This document shows, piece after piece, positions 40,549 through 48,700 of a stretch of DNA of 64,000 nt. Source of the stretch: Candidatus Moranbacteria bacterium RIFOXYB1_FULL_43_19 (GTDB taxonomy: Bacteria; Patescibacteriota; Minisyncoccia; Moranbacterales; UBA11712); assembly GCA_001784875.1 (NCBI GenBank), contig MFSH01000023.1, forward strand, positions 33,969 to 97,968, given 5' to 3'. A program made the position numbers and the translations under genes. The notes beneath the pieces are model-generated. The model was not told the DNA's origin, did not search any database, and saw nothing but the letters and a program-made list of their open reading frames with translations. Each line of letters opens with the position of its first letter. Position 1 is the stretch's first letter.

Positions 40549-40860
40549 CTACGTCTTTGACTTCGGACTACTTTTTCGCCCCAGTGTAAAATCCTTCGCC
40601 AAGGCTACCGATACTAAACGCTTATAGGTGAAAGCCTTTCCCGAACCTGTTTTTAAGTAAAGCTCAAAATCTCTCGCTTGTTTTTCTGTTTCGAAAGCAC
40701 AATACCAAACTAGCTTCCAAGGTATATGAGGTTTTGTAGATTTAACTTTTCCAGAATTATGAAGATGAATTCTTCCTCTTAAATTATTTGTTGAACCAAA
40801 ATAAAATATATGAGATTTTGAGCTTAGCAAAATATAAGTATTATACATAACAAAAACCAA
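40549..40860 (-). CDS. GIY-YIG nuclease family protein (YhbQ/UPF0213-like)
   Basis: YNTYILLS...HIFYFGSTNNLRGRIHLHNSG..E matches GIY-YIG catalytic core. Confidence 0.7.
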   Translation of the reverse strand: MVFVMYNTYILLSSKSHIFYFGSTNNLRGRIHLHNSGKVKSTKPHIPWKLVWYCAFETEKQARDFELYLKTGSGKAFTYKRLVSVALAKDFTLGRKSSPKSKT

Positions 40861-41100
40861 GGCTTATATGGAATATTATACCACTTTGGCATGCAATTCC
40901 GTAGCCTTGGCGAAGGATTGCTCTCAAGATGGAACGATTATCGAACTTTGGATATTAAGAAATACTATCCAAATATTGATTTTTGCTTGAAGGAGGCGCG
41001 GAAAATAAATTGTATCGTTTGACACAAAAATATTTATTTTAAAATAAAAAATAGCGGCCCATCGCAAGGATGGGCCGTTTTTGCTTCGGGGGAAACCGTA

Positions 41101-42219
41101 TCATCCCGGAGATATTTTCTGGAATAACCCTTTCTTCCAGCGCTGCGCAGTTCTTAAATTTAGATTCAAGATTCTGACAGCCTTCGACTGATGATAACCT
41201 TTCACGAAAAGGAGCCAAAGAAATTTTATTTCCATTGGCTCGAGATACAAGAATATCCTGAGCGAAAGCTCCACTGGGTCGATTTCCTCGCCCGGGAATT
41301 TCTCCGCGGCCATTTGGAAATTATTGTTTGCCGCGAGCTCCCGTATTTTTTCCACATCGGTTTCATAGGCACGGTTCAGCCCCATCATCCATGATTTTCT
41401 TTCCGTCTCAAGGAAAGAAAGATTGGGAACACTGCCTTTTTTCAAGGCTTCCGAGGCTGCGTTAACGATTTTGAGCCTCAGAATGGCTTGGGCATGAAAC
41501 TGAGAAACTCTCGGCGGCGTGAACCCCATTTCCTTCGCGATCTCCCTCATGGTGCGGTCTTCGTAGTAAAACCTTTTCAAAACAATTTGTTCTTGATTGG
41601 GAAGAACACTGAGAAAGATTGGAGCCGAGACTCTGGCGCTGTTTCGGTGCACCTTTTCCATCGTTTCATCTTGCGTAGCCGGATAACCCCTGAGCTCATC
41701 AATGTTCACAAATCCGGTCGACTCAATGTTGGCCAATTCGTGGTATGCCTCGAAAGAAATCCCGAGATGCTCGATGAGTTCATCTTCTGAGGGCGAGCGT
41801 CCGAGAATTTTTGTCAGCTGACTGCGAGCCTTGCCCAAGATCTTCATCTTGTTACGGAATGATCTGGGTATGGCATCCATGTAGCGAAGTTCGTTCAGTA
41901 TGGCCATCTTCACTCGGAACGTGGCATACGTCCAAAATTTGCCCTGTCTTGAAGGGTCAAACTTGCTCATCGCACCAACCAAGCCCAGCAGTCCCGCCCC
42001 GACCAAATCGTCGGCGTGGACATCCGCCGGAAGCTTATAGGCCATTTGCCCGGCTATCTTTCGGACTTTTTGCAAATACCGGTTGAGGAAAATTTCCTCC
42101 TTCCTCTTCTCAGGAATTTCTGAGGCAAGGATTTCTTCAGGCGACCATTTCTCAAGCGCGCCTGCGAGCAATTGGGCCGATGCTTCGACATTAGTGTTCT
42201 TTTCAGGCATTTCGGTCAC
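41101..42219 (-). CDS. sigma-70 family sigma factor (group 3, FliA/SigB-like) with ~100-aa C-terminal extension
   Basis: Region 2 (DLVGAGLLGLVGAMSKFD..FWTYATFRVKMAILNELR), region 3, region 4 HTH (QIVLKRFYYEDRTMREIAKEMGFTPPRVSQFHAQAILRL); extra C-terminal segment with a second HTH-like stretch. Confidence 0.8.
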   Translation of the reverse strand: MTEMPEKNTNVEASAQLLAGALEKWSPEEILASEIPEKRKEEIFLNRYLQKVRKIAGQMAYKLPADVHADDLVGAGLLGLVGAMSKFDPSRQGKFWTYATFRVKMAILNELRYMDAIPRSFRNKMKILGKARSQLTKILGRSPSEDELIEHLGISFEAYHELANIESTGFVNIDELRGYPATQDETMEKVHRNSARVSAPIFLSVLPNQEQIVLKRFYYEDRTMREIAKEMGFTPPRVSQFHAQAILRLKIVNAASEALKKGSVPNLSFLETERKSWMMGLNRAYETDVEKIRELAANNNFQMAAEKFPGEEIDPVELSLRIFLYLEPMEIKFLWLLFVKGYHQSKAVRILNLNLRTAQRWKKGLFQKISPG

Positions 42220-42440
42220 CCTCCTATATTTTTTGGTTTGAAAAGAGCGGGGATATAATTTGATAAATCTCCTCCCGACTAAAAAATAGATTAAGGTAAG
42301 ATAGTTTTTTTTGCAAATATCAATCGTCTTTCAAGCAAAAGACGGAGTTCGAATACCGGCCGGATACCAAAAAAAGCTTTGTATAAAGCTTCGAAAAAAT
42401 GGCTGATTTCTCACTTTCGAACCGCCCATATTTGGCTTTC

Positions 42441-42478
42441 AAAATGCAAAAATACCACTTAATTTGGCGGTATTTTGT
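42441..42478 (-). terminator. rho-independent terminator downstream of tRNA-Asn
   Basis: minus strand AAAATACCgccaaattaagtGGTATTTT then UGCAUUUUG. Confidence 0.5.
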
Positions 42479-42484
42479 CGGTGC

Positions 42485-42773
42485 TCCCGGGGTCGGATTC
42501 GAACCGACAACCAATTGATTACACTTATCCTAATGTTTCCAGAAGGGGTGGACTATATCATTGCCTTATCAAAATAATTTTGATTTAGGCATTTTGGTAT
42601 CTAGTCTCTACGGTGCCCCTGATGTTACATCGGGGTTCCCACGGTATTAGCATACCCCTCAAAAAGAGCGATTTAGCTTTCACCGTTATCCCAAAATTTT
42701 TCGACCTAAGTTTCCTTAGGAAGCTGCGTTTAATGTTCACAGTCAACTGCTCTACCATTGAGCTACCCGGGAA
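42485..42773 (-). tRNA. tRNA-Asn(GUU) interrupted by a group I intron in the anticodon loop (exons 42773..42740 and 42522..42485; no encoded CCA)
   Basis: Exons give U1CCCGGG-UA-GCUCAAUGGUAGAGC-A-GUUGA-CUGU|UAA-UCAAU-UGGUU-GUCGGUUCGAAUCCGAC-CCCGGGA-G73; canonical Asn loop CUGUUAA, U1-A72, G73; 5' exon ends in U, intron ends in G. Confidence 0.7.
42523..42739 (-). ncRNA. group I self-splicing intron (~217 nt, no ORF)
   Basis: P7 pairing GACUA...UAGUC; R-like GAGACUAGAUACC and S-like GAUAUAGUCC elements; GGGUAUGCUAAUACC A-rich block; IGS GCAG pairs with exon CUGU (U.G at splice site); terminal G. Confidence 0.6.
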
Positions 42774-43020
42774 TAAAATTTTTTATGTGCTCGTCTAGCC
42801 ATTTTCTTCCCTGGCCAGACTTCAAAAAATTCTCTCTTTTTATTGCATCAGATTTTTCAGAAAATTCTTCCAAGTGAACCATAGTAAAGGGTTTATTATA
42901 GCGTGTCCACTTATTGCAACCTCGATTGTGTTCCCCTAATCTTTTGAGAGCTTTTTTTGAAGTATAACCAATATATCTTTTTTCGTTTTTTGAACTCTTT
43001 AGAACGTAAACCGTATACAT
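42763..43020 (-). CDS. GIY-YIG nuclease family protein (YhbQ-like); 3' end overlaps tRNA-Asn 5' end
   Basis: MYTVYVLKSSKNEKRYIGYTS...RLGEHN GIY-YIG core; stop codon TAG lies within tRNA positions 8-10. Confidence 0.7.
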   Translation of the reverse strand: MYTVYVLKSSKNEKRYIGYTSKKALKRLGEHNRGCNKWTRYNKPFTMVHLEEFSEKSDAIKRENFLKSGQGRKWLDEHIKNFIPG

Positions 43021-43035
43021 AACTATTTACAGTCC

Positions 43036-43136
43036 CCGCCGGAGGCGGGTCAGCCTCTGGCTGAAACTGCTCAACGATAATCAATCCGGGAATATTCGAT
43101 TGTTTCCGCCGGAGGCGGATCAGCCTTTGGCTGAAA
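43036..43136. repeat. two 31-nt direct repeats (2 mismatches) with 39-nt spacer, each containing CCGCCGGAGGCGG palindrome
   Basis: CCGCCGGAGGCGGGTCAGCCTCTGGCTGAAA at 43036 and CCGCCGGAGGCGGATCAGCCTTTGGCTGAAA at 43106. Confidence 0.6.
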
Positions 43137-43200
43137 ATACTCTTGTATTCTACGGCAAAAGTTTCCCTTTGGCAAGAATATGGGATAAAATATATATAAC

Positions 43201-44472
43201 ATGGAAAAATACGATCCGCAAAAGCGGTTTCTCGAAAATCAAAGAATCGAGGGAAAAAAGCCGGACAAAAAAAATCCGGAAGAGCAAGGGGGAATATCCC
43301 GCCGGGATTTTCTGAAATTCGGAGCGCTTGTGCTGGGCGGGGGAGCGGCGGTGTTGGCGGAAAAGAAATATGGCTGGTTGGGGAAAGCCTTGGGATATGG
43401 GAAAAGTTTGGCAGAAAGGGAAAAGATTGAGGAAAAAACCGAAACCGAAGTTGAGTTTTCTCACAAAGAAAGTGACATCTATCCGGAAAATCTTCAGGCT
43501 GTATCAAACGTACTGGAACTTCGAGACTGGAATCCGGTAAAAATTGACCGCGAGACTGCTCTTGGAACGGAAGGATTTTGGTGCCGGGCCTATGAAGGAA
43601 AAAACCCAAAGCTTGAGAAAAGCCTTGAGGACGGATATCTGGCCATGCATCCCTGGATACCGCAGCTTCGAAAAATATTTGAAGATGAATTTCGTGGCGC
43701 TTTTTCGGGCGAAGTAGTTCCTGAAGAAGCCATCAATCTTTTTTATCTCGCTCTCCCCGAATCGCATTGGAATTGGAAAAAAGATTCGCCCAAAGGTGCG
43801 GCTGGACCCTATCAATTTATGCCGGCAACTGCCCGCAACTATGGGCTTAGAGTCGAAACAGGTTTCAAGAGAGACAAAAAAGGGAAAAAAATTCCAACCG
43901 GAAAAATTGACGAAAGGCTGGATGTTTTCAAAAGCGCTCGCGCTGCTGCCAGATGTCTCAAAGATCTTTTTGCGCGGACCGGTGACATAAACCTTGCTCT
44001 CTCCGGGTATAATGGGGGATTCATTTGGAAGTATCTCAAGGAACCGGAAAAACCGAGCTACGAAGGATTTCTGAAATTCATTGAGAACAAAATCAATCAT
44101 TACAAACGAGAATTGCCGAGAAACAATTTTTGGCGGCATGAAGTTGAAAGGGGATGGTCTTTTGAAGGAATTGCCAAATTTTTCAAAATGGATCCCAAAA
44201 TTCTGTTCGCGGTGAACCGAGACCGGGTTTTTGCGAAAAAAGAAAAGAACGGAACAGTGTATGTGATGAGAGAAAACGTGAAAACTTTACTCATTCCAGC
44301 CCAGGCCGAAAACCAGAAGCGCCATATCTACCGATGCCTTGTCGCAGGCTTTGTGGAAAATCTCAATTATCCTCCCAAATACAATGCAATAGCAAAAATT
44401 ATTAGCAAGAGAGAATTTCAAAAAAAGATGGAAGAGAGGATGAGGGGACGTACGGCTTTCGCAAGACGATAA
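43201..44472 (+). CDS. lytic transglycosylase (SLT domain) with twin-arginine signal peptide
   Basis: SRRDFLKFGALVLGGGAAVLA Tat motif; GAAGPYQFMPATARNYGL SLT catalytic-region motif. Confidence 0.65.
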   Translation: MEKYDPQKRFLENQRIEGKKPDKKNPEEQGGISRRDFLKFGALVLGGGAAVLAEKKYGWLGKALGYGKSLAEREKIEEKTETEVEFSHKESDIYPENLQAVSNVLELRDWNPVKIDRETALGTEGFWCRAYEGKNPKLEKSLEDGYLAMHPWIPQLRKIFEDEFRGAFSGEVVPEEAINLFYLALPESHWNWKKDSPKGAAGPYQFMPATARNYGLRVETGFKRDKKGKKIPTGKIDERLDVFKSARAAARCLKDLFARTGDINLALSGYNGGFIWKYLKEPEKPSYEGFLKFIENKINHYKRELPRNNFWRHEVERGWSFEGIAKFFKMDPKILFAVNRDRVFAKKEKNGTVYVMRENVKTLLIPAQAENQKRHIYRCLVAGFVENLNYPPKYNAIAKIISKREFQKKMEERMRGRTAFARR

Positions 44473-44555
44473 CTTCGGAAATTTGACGAATGGACTTTTT
44501 CCCAAAAATGTGCTAAACTATTATATACTCGTAAAAAGCTGATTTCCGAGTATAA

Positions 44556-45857
44556 ATGAACATAAAAATCAGACTAAAATCGTCTTTTTTGCCTCTTCTT
44601 GTCATGGCAGTGCTTCTGTCCGGGGGAGGCTTTTTTGTTTCTCCCCAAAAAGCCGAAGCGGCCAAAAAAACCAAATGGCAAAAGCTTCTGGAGCAAAACA
44701 ACGTGTCCGAATCCCTCTGGGCAAAATACAAGCCCAAAATCAGCCGGAGCGAATATCTCAAAGCGACAAGAGGAAAATCCGTGAAGGCGGCCAAAAAGTC
44801 AAAAGTGACAAAATGGCAAAAATTGCTTGAAAAAAATGGGATTGATCCAACAATTTGGCAAAAGTATCTCCCGAAGGTTTCAAAAGGGGAATATAACAAG
44901 GTAAAAAAGGCGCTCAAAAGGCTGGGGCAAATTTCCGGATCGCTCGGGCCGGATATGAAAGTGGGTCTTTTCAAATTGAACACCGAAAATCACAAAACGA
45001 TAACCGTGAACAACACGACCGGCTTCAGAATAAAAGACAAAAGCGGGAACGTTTTGCGGGAAATTCTCGGAGGCCAAAATGCAGCCATCCGGGCGGTTTA
45101 TTCAGGAGACTATTTCACTATTCGGGGAGATGACGGAGAATACGGGGCTCTCACAAGCGGAGACTATCTGATTCTTGAGCCGGTGGGCGGGAACGGAATT
45201 TTTGAAATTGACGATTGCGAAGTGAACACCAGCGCTGACAAAAAATCAAATCCCTTCGGATGCTATAAATCCGGGGAAGTGAAATACGACGAATACCGCG
45301 GAAAGCTGGAGCTTTCTTTCAATGACGACGGCGAAGCCTGGGTCATCAATGTCCTTCCGATGGAGCAATATACCTGGGGGACAGGGGAAATCGGCGATTC
45401 AAAGACGGAATATTATAAACTTTTTTCAATCATTTTCCGAACCTACGGATATTACCATAACGAAAAGCGCACCAAGCACTCGGGCGAAAATTTTTCCCTC
45501 AATGACACCTCGAACGACCAGATTTATAAAGGTTATAAAATCGAAGAAAGGTTCCCAAAGATGAAACAGGCGACGGAAGAAACGCGGGGAAAAATTGTCG
45601 CTTACAAAGGAAAAACGGCGCTGACACCATATTGCTCATACACCAACGGGCGCACGCGCGATTATCCCGGTGATGATTTTCCTTATCTGAAATCGGTGAA
45701 AGACCACAAGAACGGGACGCAAGACAATCCCGGCGACGGAAACCACATGTATGGGCTTTCGGCCCACGGCGCAGTCGGCTGGGTCGGTGACGGAAAAAAA
45801 TATGATTGGGTTCTGAAATATTATTATTCGGGAGTGGATATCAAAGGAGCGTATTGA
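44556..45857 (+). CDS. SpoIID/LytB-domain protein with N-terminal tandem ~35-aa repeats
   Basis: PMEQYTWGT..E, FRTYGYYH, C-terminal NHMYGLSAHGAVGW resemble SpoIID domain; repeats KTKWQKLLEQN..WAKYKPKISRSEY / VTKWQKLLEKN..WQKYLPKVSKGEY. Confidence 0.65.
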   Translation: MNIKIRLKSSFLPLLVMAVLLSGGGFFVSPQKAEAAKKTKWQKLLEQNNVSESLWAKYKPKISRSEYLKATRGKSVKAAKKSKVTKWQKLLEKNGIDPTIWQKYLPKVSKGEYNKVKKALKRLGQISGSLGPDMKVGLFKLNTENHKTITVNNTTGFRIKDKSGNVLREILGGQNAAIRAVYSGDYFTIRGDDGEYGALTSGDYLILEPVGGNGIFEIDDCEVNTSADKKSNPFGCYKSGEVKYDEYRGKLELSFNDDGEAWVINVLPMEQYTWGTGEIGDSKTEYYKLFSIIFRTYGYYHNEKRTKHSGENFSLNDTSNDQIYKGYKIEERFPKMKQATEETRGKIVAYKGKTALTPYCSYTNGRTRDYPGDDFPYLKSVKDHKNGTQDNPGDGNHMYGLSAHGAVGWVGDGKKYDWVLKYYYSGVDIKGAY

Positions 45858-45862
45858 TTTCA

Positions 45863-45900
45863 TATCTAGTATCTAGTATCTGGTATCTAGTATCTGGTAT
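45863..45900. repeat. heptanucleotide tandem repeat (TATCTAG/TATCTGG) x5
   Basis: tatctag tatctag tatctgg tatctag tatctgg directly after SpoIID-like gene stop. Confidence 0.6.
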
Positions 45901-45954
45901 ATTGTATAAAAAAATTTCCTTTCGGAAATTTTTTTCGTAAAACCTTTTGAAGCC

Positions 45955-47256
45955 TTAATAATTCGCTCCATTCAGGAGCGCCTTTTGAAAGTTCACTTTT
46001 CCGCCGCTTGAAACTTTTCCAGTGAGGCTGGCGTTGGTGTCAACAGAATTTTTTACAATCTCAATCACTTGTGTGCCGGAGAGATTGGGATACTTTGAAA
46101 AAAGGAGTCCGGCTTCGGCGCTCACGAAAGCGGTGGAGAGGGAGCTGCCCTCGGCTTCATCGTATCTGCTTTTTGACATGGAAAGCCCAATAAGGAAGGA
46201 GCCATCTGTTCCACCGGGCGCGGCAACATCAACCGAAGTCGCGCCAAAATCGGAATAGTCAGCCAGATTCCCGTTTTGGTCCGTCGCGCTGACGCAGATA
46301 ATATTGGCGAGATCAAAATCGCAAGGATACATCTTGTCGTCGGCGTTTCCGCTGTCGTGGTTCAGGCTTTCGTTTCCGGAAGCGGCGACAAAAACTCCGG
46401 GATATGAGGAAATGGCATCCTTGAGAGCCAAGTCCAGTCCGTCATCGCCATAGCCTCCCCAGCTGGCGTTCACGACCAGGACGCCTTTGGCTTTGGCATA
46501 ATTCAGGGCTTCAATTGCCTGGGAGGTAGTAAAGTCAAAGCGAAGGGGCATAATGCGGAGGTGATTAAAAAAACTTCCTCCGGAAACCCCTCGTTTATTG
46601 TTTGTCTGGGCGGCGATGATTCCGGAAACAAAACTTCCGTGGCCATCGCTGTCGGTCGGCTTTTTTTTCGGATTTTCAAAGTTCTTTCCTTTGGCGGAAC
46701 CTTTGGTCAGATTTTTTTTGAGGTCTTTGTGCTTCAGGTTCGCACCGCTGTCGATGACGGCCACAGCCACATTGCGCTGGCTTTTCGATTCGAGATCCCA
46801 GGCCGAAGTGGCGCTCACGCCGCCGGCGCTTTGGGTGCTGTCAAAGAGCCACCACTCCCGGGAAAAATAGGCGTCTTTGGAAACCATGGCAAGCGGCTTA
46901 TATTTGAAATTTGGCTGAACAAGTTCGATGTTCGAGTCCTTTTCGAATTCTTTCACCAACTTCCGAGCCGTTTTTTTGGAAAGGCTTTTAGCGAGATAGA
47001 AATATTCATTTTCGCCTCCCCCCAAGGGGGAAAGATAGACATCATATTTTTTTGCGATGGATCCAAGACAATTTGAGCAATCAATTTTCACGACAACTTC
47101 GTGTTCTTTGAATTCCCAGCCACTGCTCGTTTCCGGGACGACGCTTTTTTTCACATTTGTCTTTGCTTTGACTGGCACAAAATAAAATTGCCCGACGGCA
47201 AAGAGCAAAATTAAGAGAAGCAAGCTTGTTTTTTCAGCGAAGTTATTTTTCCGCAT
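45955..47256 (-). CDS. secreted subtilisin-like serine protease (peptidase S8)
   Basis: Catalytic triad contexts VAVIDSGAN (Asp), HGSFVSGIIAA (His), GSSLSTAFVSAEAGLL (Ser); signal peptide. Confidence 0.85.
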   Translation of the reverse strand: MRKNNFAEKTSLLLLILLFAVGQFYFVPVKAKTNVKKSVVPETSSGWEFKEHEVVVKIDCSNCLGSIAKKYDVYLSPLGGGENEYFYLAKSLSKKTARKLVKEFEKDSNIELVQPNFKYKPLAMVSKDAYFSREWWLFDSTQSAGGVSATSAWDLESKSQRNVAVAVIDSGANLKHKDLKKNLTKGSAKGKNFENPKKKPTDSDGHGSFVSGIIAAQTNNKRGVSGGSFFNHLRIMPLRFDFTTSQAIEALNYAKAKGVLVVNASWGGYGDDGLDLALKDAISSYPGVFVAASGNESLNHDSGNADDKMYPCDFDLANIICVSATDQNGNLADYSDFGATSVDVAAPGGTDGSFLIGLSMSKSRYDEAEGSSLSTAFVSAEAGLLFSKYPNLSGTQVIEIVKNSVDTNASLTGKVSSGGKVNFQKALLNGANY

Positions 47257-47446
47257 GCATACATTTTACACGACAGGAACAAATATCACAAGAAGACCAA
47301 GCTTGTCTTTCGCGTATCCCGGTAGTACAATTTTGTGACACTAATTAGACGGTTGAAGAATAATTCCTGAAAGATTGTACTACTGGGTATAATAAGGTAT
47401 AGTTAAAACAGAAGTATAAGTCTTATATTGAAGAAAAAACATTGAT

Positions 47447-48595
47447 ATGCGCATAGGAATCGACGCGAGAGCCATCTTGAATCCTGAAAAATCCGCCCCG
47501 AGCGGGGTGGCGCATTATGTTTGGCATCTCGTGAAAAATATTCTGGAAATTGACTCGAAGAACCAGTACATCCTCTTTTTTGATTTCAAGGTCCGGGACA
47601 AGGATGTCAAAAAATTCACCCGACCGAATGTCAAGATAAAATTTTTCCCCTTTTCCGACTATAAAAAATATATGCCGGGAGCCTATAGCGAAATTCTGGG
47701 GCTGGCTACCTATTCCCGGGAAAAGATGGATTTGCTCCACGTGACGTCGCCGCTTTACCGCGTTCCGGCGTCCTACCGGGGAAAGATTGTGACAACTTTC
47801 TATGATTTTGCGCCTTATCGCGTCCCGGATTTGTTTCCGCGTCTTTCCGCGGCCAAAACCAAGGCCCTCTACAAGTTCATGGCCAAAAAGTCTGACCGGA
47901 TAATTGCCGTTTCCGAGTCGACCAAAAAAGACGCCAAGGAGCTGCTTGGCTATCCGGAAAAAGATATTTACGTGGTTTTGAACGGCATCGACAAAAGATT
48001 TTTCGAAGATTGTTCCGTGCCGGCGGAGAAAATAAAGAAAGACTACAAGATAAATGGCAAGTATATACTTTTTCTGGGAACGCTTGAGCCGAGAAAAAAT
48101 CTGACGCGTGTCCTCGAGGGATTTGCCCGGTTCAAGAATTCATATCAGGGTAAATTTGATTATCAGCTTGTCGTAGCCGGGAAGCGAGGCTGGCTTTTTA
48201 AGGAATATTTCCAGCAGGCCGAAGATCTGGGAATCAAAGAGGACGTTGTTTTCACCGGATATGTCGGCGGAGATGACCTCAAGCCCCTCTATTGCCACGC
48301 GGAGTTTTTCGTGATGCCGTCCCTTTATGAAGGTTTCGGCCAGACAATTGTCGAAGCCATGGCTTGCGGCGCGCCGTGCCTTGTTTCGCGCGTCGCTTCC
48401 ATTCCGGAAGTGGCGGGAGACGCGGCGCTCTATGTCGATCCGCATGATACGGAAGGAATTGGAAAGGCAATGGAGCGCTTGGCTGGAGATAGGGATTTGA
48501 GATTTGAACTCGCGAAAAAGGGCAGGCAGCAAGCCAAAAAATTCAGCTGGTCCAAGTGCGCCCGGGAAACGCTCGAGATTTATAGAAAAATATAA
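47447..48595 (+). CDS. glycosyltransferase family 4 (GT-B, RfaG-like)
   Basis: C-terminal E-x7-E region FVMPSLYEGFGQTIVEAMACGAPCLVS. Confidence 0.85.
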   Translation: MRIGIDARAILNPEKSAPSGVAHYVWHLVKNILEIDSKNQYILFFDFKVRDKDVKKFTRPNVKIKFFPFSDYKKYMPGAYSEILGLATYSREKMDLLHVTSPLYRVPASYRGKIVTTFYDFAPYRVPDLFPRLSAAKTKALYKFMAKKSDRIIAVSESTKKDAKELLGYPEKDIYVVLNGIDKRFFEDCSVPAEKIKKDYKINGKYILFLGTLEPRKNLTRVLEGFARFKNSYQGKFDYQLVVAGKRGWLFKEYFQQAEDLGIKEDVVFTGYVGGDDLKPLYCHAEFFVMPSLYEGFGQTIVEAMACGAPCLVSRVASIPEVAGDAALYVDPHDTEGIGKAMERLAGDRDLRFELAKKGRQQAKKFSWSKCARETLEIYRKI

Positions 48596-48700
48596 AACTA
48601 AAATGTAAAATCGAGAAGCTACAATTAAAATCCAAAAACTAAATGGAAAAATTTTAGTTTTCAGTTGCAGTTTTTGCTTTTTAGATTTTCGCTTTTAACC

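Noticed and set aside
42485-42773. Alternative readings of the split tRNA as tRNA-His(GUG) or tRNA-Thr(UGU)
   Set aside because: GTG occurs at both exon-intron borders, giving a 3-nt sliding ambiguity. A His junction would make the 5' exon end in G/A and the intron end in U/A, violating group I rules. A Thr junction (exon ending at U33) is formally possible, but U1-A72 with G73 and the loop CUGUUAA match bacterial tRNA-Asn, so Asn(GUU) is retained.
43036-43136. Calling the two 31-nt repeats a CRISPR array
   Set aside because: Only two repeats, two mismatches, and no cas genes in the window; reported as a repeat/finding instead of a CRISPR feature.
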